Source of the DNA: Thiohalospira sp.
GTDB lineage: Bacteria > Bacteroidota > Bacteroidia > Bacteroidales > UBA12077
Assembly (NCBI GenBank): GCA_046538755.1
Contig: JBKHIH010000005.1
Location: forward strand, 3,061 to 67,060
DNA length: 64,000 nt
Direction: 5' to 3'
Every line of letters starts with the position of its first letter. Within the stretch, counting starts at the first letter, position 1. Below are positions 61,167-64,000 of this stretch, piece by piece. Below the pieces are notes generated by a model. The model was not told the origin of the DNA. It ran no database searches and saw only the letters and a list, made by a program, of their open reading frames with translations. Position numbers and translations under genes: made by a program.

Positions 61167-62639
61167 TTAAGTATTAATTTGAAGATTTAATGGTATTTTC
61201 ACAAAAAAAGTAGATCCAGACTGTTCTTCATTTTCATTATTATTAGAAATTACACTTATTTCTCCTTCTAATAACTCAACCAGGCTTTTGCAAATACTTA
61301 ACCCTAAACCAGCACCTCTGTATAACTTTTTTTTAGTGTCAACTGCTTTGGTAAAACGATTAAAAATTTCCTTTTGTTGATTATTAGTTAATCCAATACC
61401 AGTATCTTTAACATAAAAGATTATATAGGAGTTTTTTATATGATATCCAAAATGTATTTCTCCTTTTTCAGTAAATTTAAATGCATTGTCGAGCAAATTA
61501 TATAATATTTTTTTTAAATGGCTTTTATCGGTTTGTATATATAGTTCTTTATCATCAATTACATTGTCTAAAATAAATTTTATATGCTTTTTATTCATAA
61601 TGGTAAGCAGGTCGTCAAATTCTTCGTATAAACTCATAATTATCTGAAGTAAGTCTGTTTTTCTAAGATTCAACTCAATTTGGCTTGCCTCAATTTTCGA
61701 AATCGTAATAATATCCTCAATTAGTTTCATCAAAGCATTTGCATTTTGAGTAACATGATGGACCATCTCTTCTTTTAGTGTATTTCTTATTTCAGGATCA
61801 ATTAGCAAATTAGAAAACCCAATAATGGCATTCATAGGCGTACGAATTTCATGGCTCATATTAGCCAGAAAGGCAGACTTTAAACGATCCGATTCTTCTG
61901 CTTTTTCTTTGGCTTTTATTAGCTCGGCTGTGCGTTCCTGTACTATTTCTTCCAAATGTTTTCGGTGTTTTTCCAGTTCAAGATTAGTTTTTTCCAGTTT
62001 TTTTGATTTGGTTAAGATTTCATCCTGTTGTTCAAGAATTTTATTCAGATAAAAGGTTTTCTTTTGATCAGATTCAATTAATGTTTTATAGGTAACAGAC
62101 CTTACAAACTCAAAAACCGCTGCCATGAGTGATACAGCAGTAAAACTTGTAATAAAACGTAATACAATATTTTTATCATAAACAGGGAAAAAGTCTGGCT
62201 GAATAATAAATAATGCAATTGTACCCGAAAGTAAGAAAGTAATAAATATAAGGCCAGGGAATAAACCTAATATAAATAAACTCAAAATCGGATAGGTATA
62301 ATACCAAACAAAAGCAGTTTTTTCAACACCACCGCTGATAATAAAAAAGAACTCAACTATTGTCATCAGTATAACTAAAAACAGGCCGGCATTATTAAAG
62401 TTTTTTGAAATCCTTAGATAAATAAAATTTATAGCAGTTATTGAAGCAAATCCAAAAAGAATTAACGAATACCAAAGTTTGTAAGTTAAAAGGGTTTGTA
62501 TGCCAAAATAAATCATAAAAGATAAACCTATAATAGAGAAAAGGTTAATAATAATCGCTTTTCTTACAGGTTCTGAAGCATAGCTACCTTTTATGCCGCT
62601 GGTAATAATGTCGTTAGCTATTTTAGTTATTGTTTTCAC
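61167..62639 (-). CDS. Polytopic-membrane sensor histidine kinase (no receiver)
   Basis: 490 aa. ~6-7 N-terminal TM segments, coiled coil, H-box [19 protein letters not shown], HATPase ([14 protein letters not shown]). Confidence 0.85.
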   Translation of the reverse strand: MKTITKIANDIITSGIKGSYASEPVRKAIIINLFSIIGLSFMIYFGIQTLLTYKLWYSLILFGFASITAINFIYLRISKNFNNAGLFLVILMTIVEFFFIISGGVEKTAFVWYYTYPILSLFILGLFPGLIFITFLLSGTIALFIIQPDFFPVYDKNIVLRFITSFTAVSLMAAVFEFVRSVTYKTLIESDQKKTFYLNKILEQQDEILTKSKKLEKTNLELEKHRKHLEEIVQERTAELIKAKEKAEESDRLKSAFLANMSHEIRTPMNAIIGFSNLLIDPEIRNTLKEEMVHHVTQNANALMKLIEDIITISKIEASQIELNLRKTDLLQIIMSLYEEFDDLLTIMNKKHIKFILDNVIDDKELYIQTDKSHLKKILYNLLDNAFKFTEKGEIHFGYHIKNSYIIFYVKDTGIGLTNNQQKEIFNRFTKAVDTKKKLYRGAGLGLSICKSLVELLEGEISVISNNNENEEQSGSTFFVKIPLNLQINT

Positions 62640-62835
62640 AATATAAGACGAAAAGATGGGTTAGGACAATTGATTTTAGACGATAAATTATTTAAAATTA
62701 TTCTTAAAAGCAAAAATGTTAATGATACTTTGACCATTTTATAATTTTTGAAGACAAAATTTATCAAATTATCGCAACAATTTAATCGATATGATTGTTT
62801 GTTTAAAAAAAAGCAAAATAATGTAATCAAAATAT

Positions 62836-62843
62836 TATTTTTG
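62836..62843 (+). promoter_or_regulatory. Bacteroidota -7 box (TAnnTTTG) for the DAK2-DegV gene
   Basis: TATTTTTG lies 19 nt upstream of ATG 62862. Confidence 0.4.
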
Positions 62844-62861
62844 ATAAAGACTTTTTATTAA

Positions 62862-64000
62862 ATGAAATCATCTGAAAAAATATCTATACTTACAGGGAAG
62901 AATTTATATTATATTTTCCTGGCCGGCGCCCATAAAATTATCGAACATCAGAAAGAGTTGAACGATATCAATGTTTTTCCTGTTCCAGATGCCGATACGG
63001 GTTCTAATCTTGCATCGACTATACGTTCTATAATTGAGAAAATAAGGCCTGATAAATCATACAAAGAAACAGCTGATACAATTGCCAATGCAGCTTTAGA
63101 TGGAGCACGAGGTAATTCGGGTGTAATTTTTGCTCAGTTTCTTTACGGCACTAGCAACGAAACCTGCGATTGCCACGAAATGAGTATTGAAAAGTTTGCC
63201 CAATCGGTTAAAAATGCTGTTGATTATATTTACGAAGCAATTGCAGAACCTGTTGAAGGTACAATGCTTACAGTTATCAGAGAATGGGCAGAGCATATAT
63301 ATTCAAGTAAAGAAAAAGTGAAGGATTTTCAGGAATTACTGATTGATTCGTACCATGTAGCTAAGAAATCGTTGACCGAAACAACTCATAAATTAAAAAT
63401 CCTGGCTAAATCAAATGTTGTTGATGCCGGCGCCAAAGGGTTTGTATTATTTCTTGAAGGGATATTAGAGTTAATAAAAACAAAGGATATTCGTAAATTA
63501 ATTACATCTAAAGAATATCCGGTTGAATTAAACTTTGATGATTCGATTTCACATGAAATTTTAACCTATCGATATTGTACAGAGGTACTTATAAAAGCTG
63601 AAAAGATTGATAAAACCAAATTAAGAGATATTATTAAACCTTTTGGTGATTCGCTGGTTATCGCCGGGTCTGAAAAAATGGTGCGAATTCATATTCATAC
63701 CGACCAGCCACAAAACCTTTTTAATACACTAAAAGATTTTGGTGTAATGGCCTATCAGAAAGCTGACGATATGTACCGGCAATATGAGGTTGCTCATAAA
63801 AGAAAACATAAAATAGCACTAGTAACCGACACATCTTGTGATTTATCACCCGAGTTAATTGATCACTACCAGATTCATTTTATTCCTATTAATATTTTTA
63901 TTGGAGAGAACCATTATCTGGATAAGGTTACAATGCATCCCGAGAATTTTTACGATCTTGTGGATCAAAATAAAGAATTTGCCAAAACAGCACAACCCAA
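62862..64000 (+). CDS. DAK2 (DhaL/FakA-N-like) domain fused to a DegV (FakB-like) domain, 3' end beyond window
   Basis: Absent from the ORF track (no in-window stop). ATG 62862 gives MKSSEKISILTGKNLYYIFLAGAHKIIEHQKELNDINVFPVPDADTGSNLAS...GARGNSGVIFAQF (DAK2). Then YRYCTEVLI...GDSLVIAGSEKMVRIHIHTDQP (FakA/YloV middle-domain-like). Then KIALVTDTSCDLSPELIDHYQIHFIPINIFIGENHYLD (DegV N-terminus). Confidence 0.8.
   Translation, partial: MKSSEKISILTGKNLYYIFLAGAHKIIEHQKELNDINVFPVPDADTGSNLASTIRSIIEKIRPDKSYKETADTIANAALDGARGNSGVIFAQFLYGTSNETCDCHEMSIEKFAQSVKNAVDYIYEAIAEPVEGTMLTVIREWAEHIYSSKEKVKDFQELLIDSYHVAKKSLTETTHKLKILAKSNVVDAGAKGFVLFLEGILELIKTKDIRKLITSKEYPVELNFDDSISHEILTYRYCTEVLIKAEKIDKTKLRDIIKPFGDSLVIAGSEKMVRIHIHTDQPQNLFNTLKDFGVMAYQKADDMYRQYEVAHKRKHKIALVTDTSCDLSPELIDHYQIHFIPINIFIGENHYLDKVTMHPENFYDLVDQNKEFAKTAQP

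Overview
AT-rich (about one-third GC by eye), densely coding chromosomal window with Bacteroidota hallmarks: TamB-like, SurA/PpiD cluster, DUF3108, propeller-type hybrid kinases, CarboxypepD_reg outer-membrane barrel, TAnnTTTG -7 boxes. I support about 50 CDS. 1-33 kb is mostly housekeeping: tsaD, crcB, yaaA, rlmI, recQ, guaB, a PPIase/OstA-like envelope cluster, recG, and a complete rseC-like + rnfBCDGEA operon. 33-64 kb is more accessory: four paralogous histidine-kinase transmitter modules (two are giant beta-propeller hybrid kinases), tex, an OmpR-type two-component system next to an outer-membrane barrel, a PLP-decarboxylase/serine-hydrolase pair, and a TAT-exported DUF362 + NapH-like polyferredoxin pair. 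Two real genes are missing from the ORF track because they run off the window edges: a TamB-like gene (1-2879, minus) and a DAK2-DegV fusion (62862-64000, plus). I saw no rRNA, tRNA, CRISPR array, transposase/integrase or recognisable defence system. Most worth a second look: (1) a 543-bp ORF-free, GC-rich, repeat- and hairpin-dense island at 46397-46939; (2) the DUF362/polyferredoxin candidate transmembrane redox module; (3) three perfect AGGAGG boxes at identical 6-nt spacing inside the rnf operon, in a window otherwise lacking Shine-Dalgarno sequences; (4) a direct-repeat operator candidate linking the OmpR-type regulator to the adjacent barrel gene; (5) the orphan kinase cluster with no visible output; (6) a possible single-chain fatty-acid-kinase-like fusion. 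All product calls rest on motif and architecture recognition by eye. No searches were run.
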